A stretch of DNA of 64,000 nt from Lingula anatina (taxonomy: Eukaryota; Animalia; Brachiopoda): contig CM120645.1 in NCBI GenBank assembly GCA_051362555.1, positions 13,020,001 through 13,084,000 of the forward strand. The letters are read 5' to 3'. This document shows, one piece after another, positions 39,419 through 52,321 of this stretch. Made by a program: the position numbers and the translations under genes. The notes beneath the pieces were generated by a model. It made no database searches, was not told the origin of the DNA, and worked only from the letters and a program-made list of their open reading frames with translations. The first letter of the stretch is position 1, and each line of letters begins with the position of its first letter.

Positions 39419-40330
39419 ATATTGCTATCCAGCCGTCAAGGAAAGCAAAGAAACCCGATGGGGTTCAATTAAAACATGAAATGACCAACAGACGTACAGA
39501 TGTACAATGTACACGGCTCGGTCAGAAATGAAAATGATGTTTCTGAAAAGAAACAACTAGGACGAACCTGGTCGAATTTTGGGAGAACAACAGAACCCGA
39601 TATGAGTCCATTCAACGGTGAAACGACCCATGAGTATCAAGAGAATGATCTTACGAAGAAAACGGCTGTTCCTGAGAAGGAACAACTGAAACGTGCCTGG
39701 TCGAGTTTCAACCCTAGTGCTGAAAATAGACTTTGGCTACTCAAACATGACTGTGAATTACAGTTACAGTGTCAACGTGGCAATGTCTAAAACCCATATT
39801 ATATATGTCTTAATAGAAGAAAGTACAAAGATCTCGACAAATAAGACCGTGTTGTCGTCCGGGGGAAGTAATTTTCGAATTGAGGTGACAGGTAATGAAT
39901 CCATGGTGTGTCCGGTGAGAGATTTCTTTAATGGAACCTACGTCGCATATTGTGATGTTCATTAGGGTACAGTATACTTAAATTACACGGACTTTGAAGC
40001 ATAAAGATACCATGATACTGGACGAAAGAAAGCATACCCCTGTGGAATCCACAAAAAATCTATTTGTTTCGCTATTTTTACCACGAGAATACAGAGAAAC
40101 AGAAGGTGAGGAGAGAGGGGAGAAACTGTGATAGGGCAACTATTAAGGAATACATGAATGGACGCTGGTGGAAAGGTGGAGGACAGTGGAAATGGGGAAC
40201 TAAAGGAAAATGTTTATGAACGAGGCAGACCTTTGGAAATGTTACAATAGGGCAACCACTATCAGATTCATTGGAGATTCACACCTTAGAGCTGCAAGCA
40301 GTTACACTTGAATCTATTGTTATCGAAACG
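39419..40330 (+). pseudogene. NXPE / PC-esterase (SGNH-like) family pseudogene
   Basis: Fragments in shifting frames: SGGSNFRIEVTG...VRDFFNGTYVAYC (Ig-like NXPE segment), NGRWWKGGGQWKW, and IRFIGDSHLR (GDS motif, 40261-40290). Stops and frameshifts lie between them. Confidence 0.55.
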
Positions 40331-40769
40331 TCATCATATGTCGTCATATGCAGGGCACAGTACACCTAGGCTAAATTCCTCACTCAATATTCCGTACCGG
40401 AAGAGGCTTATAGGTCTGACCAATATTATATACACGTGGGCTCCCTATACTTCTGAGGGCGAAAAAGCGATCAGTTCACTTTCTTCTATATTTAAAAAAA
40501 GCCTGCCTGCTTGACTATTGGGATACATGAATTAATCTTTGACTACAATAATTGGGATACATGAATTAAGCTTTGGCAACAATAATCTGGTTTACGTGAA
40601 AATAGTTTATAATAATATCTCTATCATCAAATTACCAAAATAAAGGATCCCAAGTCCGCGCTTTTAGTTTGGTTAATTTGACAATACTCCAAGTTACCTT
40701 CAGCGTAAAGCGTCTTCGAGGCATAACTGATTAGTCCTACATGAGATTGAAGTCCTTATCTTAGATCAA

Positions 40770-41120
40770 GGATTTCTAGAAATAATTTAAGAATTTTTCA
40801 CGAATTCAGATAATGCAACAAAGAATTATCAAAAATGAAAAGCACAGAAAGAAAGGATTATAATACTGTAAGGTTTGAGCCCCTGATATGTCGTGTTTGT
40901 TGTGATTGTGTTCGGTGTGTGTCGTGGATGTTCGTTTGCGTCCGTGGATGTCACGGGTTTGAAGACCACGCCCCATAAACCATTTGCACTTGCACCTGAA
41001 AGTTGCAGGCTGACGTTGCAGGCTGGAATAGTTGAAATAATTGTTCTTGTACTCTTGCAGGTGAGTGTAATTATATCAAATCAAGGATCAATCCACGGTT
41101 TAAATTTCATATTTCTTACT

Positions 41121-41183
<63 letters not shown>

Positions 41184-43790
41184 TGGTGTTTTGGCATTGT
41201 TTATTATATTAACTCTTATTCTATTGTTTCTCTTTGTTCTGTCTTCCACGTCTTTCGTCTTACTTTGTTCAAATTTTGTTCATGTCATTGTTTAAAATTA
41301 ATTTGTGTATAATATTTTTACAGATATTTGTATGAGAATAAACCAATATCAAACCCGAGCTATCGTCCTGTTACGATACTATTGTAAATAATTAATCAAA
41401 CTGATACTAATAATTCATGAGTTTTAAATAAGCCTTACGCAACACTCTGAAATTTTTACATCAGCATTGTCCTAGATTGGGCACATTCCAACTATGATGC
41501 ATTAAATTGATTAACTTTGAGTAATATTATGACCAAAATGTGATGATATGTGTCGTTATAAGATACTGTGTCTAATATACATTGTACATTGTCTAATATT
41601 TAATTAAGCTATTCATAATTCAAACTCAGTATTACAGTTACATATGTAATTACACTCGACTAACCTTTGGGTAAAAAAAACAAATGGCATTTGTATCTGA
41701 ATTATTGATGAAAAGCTGACAGTTCAGATGACATATGGAAAAGGTATTTATCTTATCTCGGGTGGGGTAAAGTATACCGATACATCGTATCGTGCACATG
41801 GAATCTAGATCTGACCGAAGGTAAATATAGAGCGCCCAATAAAACCCCAAAACCCAACAGATGCAGCCATTTTCTAATTGTGTTGTGCTTGAAGCTCAGT
41901 CCAACTGGATGCTCAAAAAACGAGAGACCGCAAGATACCACTAAATTATTCAACAGTAGGACCAGGCACTTCCCAAACAGTAAGTGAAACTGAGAAACAA
42001 ATTTAGTACAGTCGGATTTCAGTAGCAAGTTTACATCGGGTGTAGAGTCTACATACTGATTTTTTGATCAAATGACTTCTCATGTAGACCCAATGTTCGT
42101 ATGAAAAGTATAGGTTTAAATGGAAAAGGGGGAATTGTTCACATGCTATAGGTGAAAGGTGTAAAATTGATAGTAGTGGATAAGGTTACATGTATGTATA
42201 TGGTGTTGTTTTATTGTATAGAATATGTGTTGTCTGTGTGTAAGGTGAACCATGACGCTAAGGAATACCAATGTTAAGTCTGTCTCTTTTTTCTTTACAC
42301 AATAACGCGTGAAATGTCACATTCGGCCGTGCGAGTGATTGGACACATGCATGATTTGAAAGATTTCGTATCCATATGCAAGGTACAGGCGACCGTGGAA
42401 AATATTGTATTTTATTTTTCGCATACTCTTTAGATAGTTTACCAATCGTGACAAAACAGCATTTTGTAAATTCAGGGTCATGATATCACTCGAGCTTAAT
42501 CAATTTAATGCATAATCGTTGGAATGTGACCAATCTTTGACAATGCTGGTGTAAAAATTGCAGAGTGTTGCGTAACGCGTTTATGAAAAACTTACGAATG
42601 ATTAATATCAATTTGATTAATTATTTTCAATAATATTTAATCCTTTCTTTTTGTGCTTTTCCTTTTTCGTAATTCTTTTTCGCATTACTTGAGTTCATGA
42701 AAGACTCCTAAATTGTTTCTGGAAATTTGTTGTGTAGGGTTCGAGTCTAAAAATGGATTCGAACTCATGTATCACTAGTGAGTCATATATTGCATGGATG
42801 ACACTTGACGCTGATTAGATTTCCTGATTAAATTTGGTGATTTTTTTGTTTAATCATATCTGCCATGATAAGATACCAACTAATATATAATTAATTAATT
42901 ACGCTTTTTCTTGAGACTAAATGAAGGTTAAAAAGAAAAAAGGAAGTATTCATAAACTACTAAAAATCTGAATTGTTTTGGCAAACATCACAAAAAATAT
43001 AACATGAAGCCTCATTTGTAAAACCAAAGTAAAGCAGTATTATGTAAAAACCATATTTAGCTGAAAATAAATCTTAGCTATGGGTAAATAAGGTGGCGGG
43101 AGTTATTTCAGAGAAGCTAACAAACTGTTTTGCAATGTTTATATACTGTCTGCCCTATACTAGTGAGCGGGAAAAGAAAAAAATATATAATTATCCCCAT
43201 TACTTTCAATTTTTTTAATTCAATTTTCTTGATGAAAACCTTGCATTTACTGAAACAGCAAATTAAATATACGATTTATTTTTGAAGATTGATATAGTAA
43301 GTTTTAATCAAGGTAAATGTTATATACATTGAATATTCTTTAAAAAATAGGTATTCATGATTAAAACTTAGTTTTAAAAAGCAAACACAAAACGTATTCC
43401 CAAGAAAATTTAAGCACATAGTGTCTTAAGTTACAGCTTTTATAAATAGTTACGTACAGTACGTAATAACACTTGATTAACCTCTGGATACTAAAACAAT
43501 TGTCTCAGACTATCACATTGATAAAAAGCTGACAATTCAGATAACATATGAAAGTTTTTTTTATCATATCTTGCCTTGGCCAGGTAAAGTACACCGATAT
43601 ATCGTATTGCGCAAATGCAATCTAGGCCTGACCAAAGGTGAATAGAGCGCCCAATAAAAACCCCGGGCCCAACTGATACGGCCATTTTAGTCGTTCCAAG
43701 TTCAGTCCAAAAGGAAGCTCAAAAGACAATAAGCACCACTAAATTGTTCAACAGTAGGCCCAGGCACTTCCCAAACAGCAAGTGGCACTA
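40770..43790. repeat. Diverged segmental repeats, one inverted pair and one direct pair
   Basis: 40770-40870 plus 41380-41535 is the reverse complement of about 42475-42730. 41640-41990 resembles 43450-43790 in direct orientation. Confidence 0.6.
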
Positions 43791-45356
43791 AAAACAAAGG
43801 ATGAGTGCTGGTAGCCATATGTAGTAAAGCGAATGACTTACGCTTTCACTAATTACAGATAACAATTAAAGTATGGAACGCTGTTTGTACGAAAATGATG
43901 AAAATATCATTTTGACAAGAAAAAATTTTTTGCGAGGTGCTTACATCATTTTCAAATTGTCACTTTCAACATTTTGACAAGAAAAAAATTTTTTGAGAGA
44001 GGTGCTAACATCATTTTGAGATCGTCACTTTCATCATTTTGAGAGAAAAGTATTTTCTACAAAGTCGTTTTATCATTTTGATAACGTTTGATCATTTTTG
44101 ATAACATTTTGAAAACTGAGTTTCGGATAAGGTGCAAGCATGAGTAATCCAAATAATATTTTAGATATCTTTAACTGAAAACAAGTCTCTTAGGGATTAC
44201 CTAACAAGGAAATGTTGCATGGTGACTTGCAACATGCAAATGGAAAATATTTTGTAATCACGCAAAGACAATGGAAAAGAAAACAAGTAAATGCGTGATC
44301 AGTACGTAGAAATTGAGTTTAAATATTTGTGAAGTTGTATGAAGAGAGAGTCGGTGAATATACGTTTGAAAGCTCCAGACTGTTGTCGTTATTCCTCACT
44401 ATAACACATTGGCAAAATGCCATCTTCAAATTTTAAAAATAATTTGCTATTATAAAGTTTATGCATATATTTTTTGCGTGTAAAAGAATATTTGGTTTGA
44501 ATATATCGGTATTTAATTGGGTTATATGTGGGGGGTAGCTTGGGTTACCTGTTGTATGCAGTCTAATAAATCAGAGCAACTTGTTGTAGCACATATATTA
44601 CATAAATATTTTAAATATTTTTATTGAAACGTGTCATTTGGCGTAAAAAGGAGTTATATGTTAAATACTTGTGGTGTGGCACAAGTAAATGGGAAACAAA
44701 TTGTATTTTTTCATTCTAGAGAAGAAAGGGTGGGGTGATGTATTATGTAATTTTCTCACAGAAGCCATCACTGATTTCACTCTTCTATATTATATACTTG
44801 TTTAAGCATATTTATTCATTTTATGTAACTTTTCCTCGAACCCAGCATTTGTTGGTCTAAATAATTGTATTGATGACCAATTTACAAAAAGCTGTTACAG
44901 TAACAAAAAAAATCGTTTGTAAAGCACTTGGAATGTTTCCAATAACCATGAAATAAACAAGGTATATATTGTCCAAAATAATGATAATCTTAAAGTAAAA
45001 ACTGAATAAAAAAGTAGACATAGTAACAATTATGGTCAATAATCTGTAGGACAATGAAATTAATTCATCAAAAAAAGTACTTCACATGATTATATGTGTG
45101 ATATGGACCTTGTATAGAACGCACTGCAATAGTCACATTATACAAAATATATAAATATGAAAATAAATATATATATATATAAGAATCCATAGATTATTAA
45201 GCAGATGTGCTGTCCAAAACACTTTCGATCTCTCTTATACTGTCATCACTTGATGTTGGTTAACATGCAGCATTCAAACAGCCTTCTCCACAACGTAATT
45301 TTCGATTGTATCCCTGCCTCATGGCCAACCCGATATACTACAGTACTGAAGTGATA

Positions 45357-45572
45357 AACTGTCTGAGCACCTACTTTGCACCGACAGTACCTGCCACTGA
45401 TGGTTATAGTTCTGCCACGGGAGGTCTGAATCCATAGGATGTACCAGGCGCTAGATGTGTGCCTTGACTGTATTTAGGCTCTGATTAAATCAGGGGCATC
45501 CTTGCATACATTGATTTCAAACTGGCCATCTAGCAGATCCTCATCAGTATAGTGGCTAGCTTGCTTTATCTG
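45357..45572 (-). pseudogene. Transposon-derived SWIM-finger protein fragment (PIF/Harbinger-ISL2EU-like)
   Basis: Minus strand reads QIKQASHYTDEDLLDGQFEINVCKDAPDLIRA*IQSRHTSSAWYILWIQTSRGRTITISGRYCRCKVGAQTV. The IQSRH...W...YCxCKxG pattern is recognised from memory and contains an in-frame stop. Confidence 0.5.
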
Positions 45573-47071
45573 GTTAATGTCTGGTGAAAAATTTCAGGCT
45601 GATGGTCTCTTGATTGGGCTATGTACAAAATCAGTAGATTTTCACTGATCCTCCTTGATAACAGAAGCCATTCATAGCATTTTGGCAATAAAAAATACAG
45701 TGCTATTAAAAATAGTGCTAGTGTGGAAGGTTAAGCCATATGTACATGTAACAAAACTAGGGTGTGTGCAATGGAGCCTTTTATTTTACTTTTTTGCAAA
45801 ATAGATGCAAAAGGGGATATTTACATAAGAATTTTATTAGTACAAAATTTACTTTCATGCCCATTAGGAGTGGGGTGGGCCAAGCTGTGCTGGATGCATC
45901 ACCCGGCTCATCTAACACAATCAAAGGTAATCTAAATCTTACAGGAATACTGAGTTTCAATTACTACCAGAGAAACATACTGTCCATTACAAAATAAAAA
46001 AGAATTAAAGTTAAATTCAGTTTGTTTTTCCAAGTTTGTCACATTCTTATTACTCGCATAATATCTACCCGCGGTGGTTTGCAAGCAAAGTGGATCCTTG
46101 TGCATTTTTAGAAAATCCAAGACGGCTGTCATTTGCTATTGGAATAATGACACACGGGTTTCAATTACTTTAAGAGAATATGCGGTCCATCATAAAGTAG
46201 AAAAATAAATTAAAAATTCGTTTGTAAGTGTTTCTCACATTGTTATTACCCCTATATCAAGTGAATTACACATGTGTGTTCCTTGATATTTGAGAAACAT
46301 TCAAGATTTGCCAGAGAAATACTAGCACAACGGTTTCAGTTACTGCAAAGGAGCCATCTAGAGTTCGTTAAGAAATAAAATTGGTTTAGGCTTGTTTTCC
46401 AGGTTTTTCTTTTTCTTATTTCCTGTGTGATATATATCTGGTGGTATACAAGTGTTTATTTCAAGAAAACCCAAGATGACTGTCATAAACCCTAGGAATA
46501 CTAATGCATTGCATTCCAAAAACTGTCAGGAAGATATTGTTCATTATCAAATTAGGTTTGTTTGTCAGTGTTTCTCACACCCTTATTACCTCTATGACCT
46601 AAGCATCTGGTGTGAAAACCGCAAGGTGAATACCATTTGCATTGGGAATACTAGTAAGTCCCCATATACTAACATTCCTAAACCACATCGCAGCCATCTC
46701 GGTTTTTTTTTTTTTTCAAACTATTCAAAGATAAAAACTTAATACATATACGCCAGATGTATGTAAAAGCCTGATAGGGGTAACAGAAATATGATAAATA
46801 CTGAGAAACAGACTTAAGCTAATTCTATTTCAAATAATAATGAGCTGTTTGTCTCTCTGGCAGTTGAAGCCCACAAATAAGTAAGCAAAAAGGTTCATTA
46901 GCTTGGTTGTTGGATAAATATGAAAATTCTCAGACACAAGCCTAAAATTTTCCGTACCGTTAGCTTACGGCCAACCTGGTCGAAGGCCTTCATCAGACTG
47001 ACGTGAGTAGTTGTTCACACTCACTGACCGCTAGATGGTATAGCGGCCAGGACCCTCTTATAAATGTCAGA

Positions 47072-48109
47072 CATGGAGCAGCCATGGGCAGTCCAATCAG
47101 TCCGATCGTGGCTAATCTGTATATGGAGAACTTTGAGGAAGCCGCACTGGGATCCATGCCCAATCCTCCACGTCTTTGGTTGAGATATGTAGACGACACG
47201 TTCACCATCTGCCACAGAGACCACATAACTGCTATCACCGATTTTATCAACAGCCAAGACCGTAACATCAAGTTCACTAGAGAGCTAGAGGATAACAATT
47301 CTATTGCTTTCCTGGATTCATTGATCACACGTGAAAACGACGGCCACCTGAGTCTGAAAGTCTACAGGAAGGCCACTCATACCAACCAATACCTAAACTT
47401 CCAGTCGCACCACCCATTACATCAGAAACTGGGGGTAGTAAGAACTTTAAAACACAGGTGCAACACGATCGTGACTAATGAGGAAGACAAGACCTTGGAG
47501 AACAAGACACTAGATGAGGCTCTCTTGATGTGTGGTTACCCACCTTGGGCTCTAAAGACCAAACTTCGCCAGGATAAGACAGCATTAACTAACTGTGAGC
47601 CAACAGATACAGTCGGAAAAAAACAGCTAGTGATCCTCCCTTATTGTAAAGGAATTTCAGAGAAAGTGTGCAGGATCTACAAGAAGCACAGTGTCAACAC
47701 AGCTTTTAGACCTCAGTGCACATTGAAACAACACCTAGTGGCACCAAAGGACAAAACCCCCCAAGATCACCGTTGTGGGACAATATACAGGATCAATTGC
47801 CATGACTGTAATTCCTTTTACATTGGTGAGACAGGTAGACAGTTGAAGATCAGGGTGAGTGAACACAGGAAATCAGTGACTGTAGGCAATACCAGCTCTG
47901 CCATTTCTGAACATGTAATAGACACCGGCCACAGTATAGATTGGAATTCAACTAAGATTCTTGAATCTGAATCATCCGACATCCCGCGGAAAATACGAGA
48001 GGCTATCCACATCAGCCGACACCAGCCACCCATGAATAGGGACGGGGGGGTTGATCTACCTGACATTTATAAGAGGGTCCTGGCCGCTATACCATCTAGC
48101 GGTCAGTGA
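47072..48109 (+). CDS. Penelope RT (C-terminal half) plus GIY-YIG endonuclease, partial
   Basis: GAAMGSPISP, RYVDDTF, FLD, VYRKATHT and GTIYRINCHDCNSFYIGETGR. The first 23 aa of the ORF-track entry come from the inverted repeat. Confidence 0.9.
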   Translation, partial: HGAAMGSPISPIVANLYMENFEEAALGSMPNPPRLWLRYVDDTFTICHRDHITAITDFINSQDRNIKFTRELEDNNSIAFLDSLITRENDGHLSLKVYRKATHTNQYLNFQSHHPLHQKLGVVRTLKHRCNTIVTNEEDKTLENKTLDEALLMCGYPPWALKTKLRQDKTALTNCEPTDTVGKKQLVILPYCKGISEKVCRIYKKHSVNTAFRPQCTLKQHLVAPKDKTPQDHRCGTIYRINCHDCNSFYIGETGRQLKIRVSEHRKSVTVGNTSSAISEHVIDTGHSIDWNSTKILESESSDIPRKIREAIHISRHQPPMNRDGGVDLPDIYKRVLAAIPSSGQ

Positions 48110-48126
48110 GTGTGAACAACTACTCA

Positions 48127-48177
48127 CGTCAGTCTGATGAAGGCCTTCGACCAGGTTGGCCGTAAGCTAACGGTACG
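48127..48177 (+). ncRNA. Minimal hammerhead ribozyme-like motif in the Penelope pLTR (variant core)
   Basis: ctgatga (48134-48140), stem II ggcc/ggcc, then gtaa-gct where GAAA is expected. A mirrored copy lies at about 46953-47003 on the - strand. Confidence 0.6.
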
Positions 48178-49160
48178 GAAAATTTTAGGCTTGTGTCTGA
48201 GAATTTTCATATTTATTTTTCACAAATAAGTACTTTTAAGGAAAATGGTGGCCATCTTGGATCACGTAAAAATAGCAAAGGCAACATGCTTTTTTCTTCA
48301 CCAGATTAATATCATAGGGTATTATGGATGTGATAAACACTGAGATACACTGAGAAACTTTTACTTAATTTTAGAATGAATTTTGCTTCTCCCTTCTGTT
48401 GTTACAACCCAATTACAGCAAATAACAGCCATTTTACTTGTTACTCTCTCCACACACACACATACAGACATGGAACATGGAAAGTAACAGGGGTACCCAC
48501 CTATATGTATATTCTTTCCAAACATTGCTGTGTATTTTAAACTTTTTAATTCTCACCCGAAAATGACAATTAAACAGCGTGCTTACCTAACTCTGTGAAG
48601 TTAAAAATGATGATTTTTATATGAGTTTAATAAATTTATAAATTTATGAATACAAAGCAAAATACCATGCATACTCTAAGCTGAAAGCGTGCTCACAAGA
48701 TCGGCGCCATGTTGCCCATGTCCCATTAATGTTACCCAATGTATGGCACATGGAATAAAAAGTTCTGTTTATGACACTTTACACCTTAAACAAAAGCCCG
48801 TGGTATTTGAGGTGGGACCTCAGCCAAGGCCGCGGGCCAGGCCTTTTTGAAGACCGCACGCCCCTATCTCTACTCTTCTGCATTTTGGGGGGGGAGGCTA
48901 TAAATAACTGTGTGTGTAATCTTAAATACAAGTGCTCAAACAAAGAGCCTTTTACTTGTGGTTCTGCTAATGTCACCTTTGAATTGAGTTATAGTAATAG
49001 ACAAAGAAAACGCATCATTGAAGATCAACTATGAAAGAAAAAAAAACGATTTCTACTTGTGTGTTTTCTTCATAGACTAAAATAAGAAAAAAACAAACCA
49101 CTAGGATACGTGACGTCAGCTATAAGGCACACTTGATGTTTAGAGCGCTGAAGTTAGTGA

Positions 49161-49341
49161 CTAGTTTCTAGTTTCCAGTTTTGTTTTTCAAAAACGAACC
49201 TGGCAACTAGAAACTAGTTTCGTTTTTCAAAAACGATTCTGGCACCCAGAAACCAGTGTCGTTTTTCGAAAAACGATTCTGGCAACCAGAAACTAGTGTC
49301 GTTTTTTCAAAAACGATTCTGAGAAGCCAGAATCGTTTTTG
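49161..49341. repeat. Palindromic ~39-40-bp minisatellite
   Basis: About 4 units of aaactagtgtcgtttttc(g)aaaaacgattctggcaaccag, each with a cgtttttc/aaaaacg hairpin. Confidence 0.75.
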
Positions 49342-50304
49342 CGGAGAGAAACGGCTAGGGGTGGGCAGAGGGAATGGCAGCCAGCGGTGTGCATGTACCG
49401 CGATTAGGTAACCCTCACCGCGAAAGCCGGTACTGAGAATAAAATTGGAGTCATTTGACTCTCTAGTCAGATTCCAAAGTGAATATATTATTATACAGTT
49501 CACCCAATTATGCTTATGTTTAATAGTATATTATACACAGAAATTTATGAATAGTAAGTAGTGAAATACTGACCCCGTATCAAAACTGGATTACCAGTGG
49601 TAATGCTCTCATTTTTCTCAAGCTGTGGTCCATTTCCCATTACTTTGCACGGGTGACATTCGTCCCTACGGGGCGGATCCAGGATTATTTGAGTTTGCGT
49701 GGAGTTCGGGCCCGCTTAAGGGGGCAAACGGTGCCATTTGGAACGGTTTAGAGGTATGATTTGGGTAGTCAAAATTATAATTTTAAGAAGGGATATCATT
49801 GGTGTAAATTTTCACGATAACAATATTTAAATGCACTTCTTAAAACCGGGCTTCACATGCGTCTCAGCGTGTACAAATGTATGTAAAATCTAATACCACA
49901 CAGTTAAATTAAAACTAATATAAAAGTAATAAAAAGTAAAAGATACAATTTAACCAAAATATTCTTGAAATAAGGTTTTATTATAGTGAGGAATGACGAC
50001 AGCAGTCTGGAGCTTTCGAACGTTTATTCACTGACTCACTTCTTCACAGAATCTACAAGTATTTATATTCTATTTTCCCAAAGAATTTCCCATTCTCATA
50101 TTACAAAACGCTATTCAATATTTCTTAATTAAGTAATTTCAGAGAGACTTGTTTTTAATTTAAAATACTTAAAATATATTTCCGAATTACTCATACTTGG
50201 ACCTTGTCCATCTCGAGTTTGCATGAGTTTTACACGTGTTAGAAACGTGCAAATCTATTGAAAAACTGGATTTTTCTTTCAGAAGGTACCGCTTCGAAGC
50301 CAAC

Positions 50305-50967
50305 ATGAATGACCGTGACAAGAATGAAATAATTAACGAGCTGACAAGAAAACTGCAGAGGGCAGAAGAAGAAAAGGGAAATTACAAATTAGCAGTTAAA
50401 ATCATCGCTGCTCAACAGTTTATGAAGCCAGAAGATCAAATTTATTGCATTGAACACCTGGATCCCCAAAACATTTCGGCATTACTAAAGACTGCAAGCA
50501 GTGGGCCTTTAGCACAGGCAGAGGCCATCATCAATTTATTTCATCTCAACTACGTGATCCTTCTTCCGCGTCCTAGGGAGCCAAACAAGTGGCAGAACAT
50601 AGTTCCATCTTTCGTACGTAACCTCGATAAGGAGAAGGTTATATTCTGCTTGGTAGTAGGAGCTGCAGGTGCTGGGTGCGTGTACCTTGTGTTCAAGCAT
50701 GGAAGTTTGAGCGCAACCATGCAAGCGGGCAAGACCATCTGTGATAGCGCAAGGTCCATTGCTGAAGATTTTCTCTTTCATCGTATTCCTGGTTGCTTAT
50801 CTCACGTTTACAAAACTCTTTCGAATTATGTTACTGCTAAACATTCTGTTGATGTCAATTTTAATGTGCTGATTTTGGATTCCGACATGCGATCTTCTAA
50901 GAAGACCTTAAATGTGCTGATGCAAAGCGAAAGCCTCAGTCATCTGGTGGCGTCTCACATTTACTGA
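50305..50967 (+). CDS. Hypothetical protein, about 220 aa, with an N-terminal coiled coil and one hydrophobic segment
   Basis: Acceptor ttctttcag at 50282, gccaacATG context, and an uninterrupted ORF in AT-rich DNA. VIFCLVVGAAGAGCVYLVF is a possible transmembrane helix. No family recognised. Confidence 0.55.
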   Translation: MNDRDKNEIINELTRKLQRAEEEKGNYKLAVKIIAAQQFMKPEDQIYCIEHLDPQNISALLKTASSGPLAQAEAIINLFHLNYVILLPRPREPNKWQNIVPSFVRNLDKEKVIFCLVVGAAGAGCVYLVFKHGSLSATMQAGKTICDSARSIAEDFLFHRIPGCLSHVYKTLSNYVTAKHSVDVNFNVLILDSDMRSSKKTLNVLMQSESLSHLVASHIY

Positions 50968-52278
50968 GTTAGTTGTAGTTATTTCATTATTACTGCAACA
51001 TTTAAATGTTACTGTTCAATACTGTAATGAATTATTAATGAATGTTGATCGAGATATGACGTAAACTGTATTTGACTGACCACTCATTCTTTAAATAATA
51101 AGTATTGGAAGAAGTTATTATTATATTTAGGCTTAATAAAAGCATTATTTGCAACTTAAAGCTGCAAGGTACATATTTAAGTAGAATGGTAATTTTAAAT
51201 ACAAGATATCGGACAGTAAAACATTTTTTTCATTACATTAAAAAAGATATTTTAAAGGCTTTTTTATTTTTCTGCATTTTAAATGATATTTGGATTTAGT
51301 TGGTTAAATAATAAAATTACTGGAGGGTTCACAATACCCAGGGTGTAATAGTCCCCGAGGCTTTCACTATTGTCAGTTTTGGCACTTTAAATATTTGGGC
51401 ACTCCGTAGGTAATAAAACTGTTCACTCCATGTTAGTAAAATGTGGTGAATTTTATGGTCATTAATGTACATTTTTGTGATGGTTGTTGCAGTGATAAAG
51501 TGTTAACAGTTTGATGTGCTTTTTGATTTTAGATTTAAGGATGTGATATTTTGAAAGTTCTTTTTAAACTGTTGGTGAGGCCAGGGTGCCAAAACTAACA
51601 TGCATACCCTAGTGTTGGTCGTATTATTGCCATGTAAACACTCAGTAACTCATTCACTGGAATGTCGGTGTGACGTGACAGATAGTCCCACATAACAGAG
51701 AGTCCACTTCCCATTCATTTGTACAGGTGAGCCTCGCCCTAGATTTTGACCCACTTAGGTCAAACTAACCCTATAGCCCCCTTTACCCGCACGAAAATGC
51801 AGTAGTATCGAAGTAGCAAAGAAGCATTAACGCAGTAGTGGTGTGGAGCATATTTGCAGTAGAAATGCAGTATAGCCTACTGCGATTCTACTTCAAAAAT
51901 TACATAGGGTTGTACAGAGGAGGAGCATTAATGCAGTAGATTAGCAGCATGATAGAAGCATGTTTCAAATATGCTAATTAGCTCCCACATCGAAGCAGAT
52001 TTGAAGCATGTTTGCAGTACGATTGCAGTAGTCTACTGCGCTGGAGTATCTACAGTGGTCGGAATAATTTTGTTTCCGTTGTACACCGGTGTAACATCGT
52101 TCGAAATGTTTTAATCCCAATCTTGTGAATAGAAGGGGGCGGACAAACAATGGAGGGCCGTATAAATCCCTTCAAAATTCGAACGTACTGTAACTGCCCG
52201 CGACATTTTATTTTATTTTATTTATTTATTTATTTCTCATTATTCATTCGAAGTACATTTTCCGTTCTTTCTCTGTTT

Positions 52279-52321
<43 letters not shown>

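Larger units (their letters stand above)
46884..48220 (+). mobile_element. 5'-truncated Penelope-like retroelement with inverted pLTR
   Basis: 157-bp inverted repeat 46914-47070 / 48060-48216, a 30-nt tail at 46884-46913, and a 12-bp flanking duplication cacaaataagta (46872-46883, 48221-48232). Confidence 0.92.
44125..50210. repeat. Diverged long inverted repeat pair (44125-44404 vs 49981-50210), possibly TIRs of an old DNA transposon
   Basis: For example gaaagctccagactgttgtcgttattcctcactataa is the near reverse complement of ttatagtgaggaatgacgacagcagtctggagctttc. Confidence 0.55.

Noticed and set aside
40893-41312. 139-aa hydrophobic ORF
   Set aside because: Inflated by a (TTTA)n microsatellite that gives FIYL repeats.
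49161-49341. Palindromic repeats resembling CRISPR direct repeats
   Set aside because: The units are contiguous with no spacers, so this is a minisatellite.
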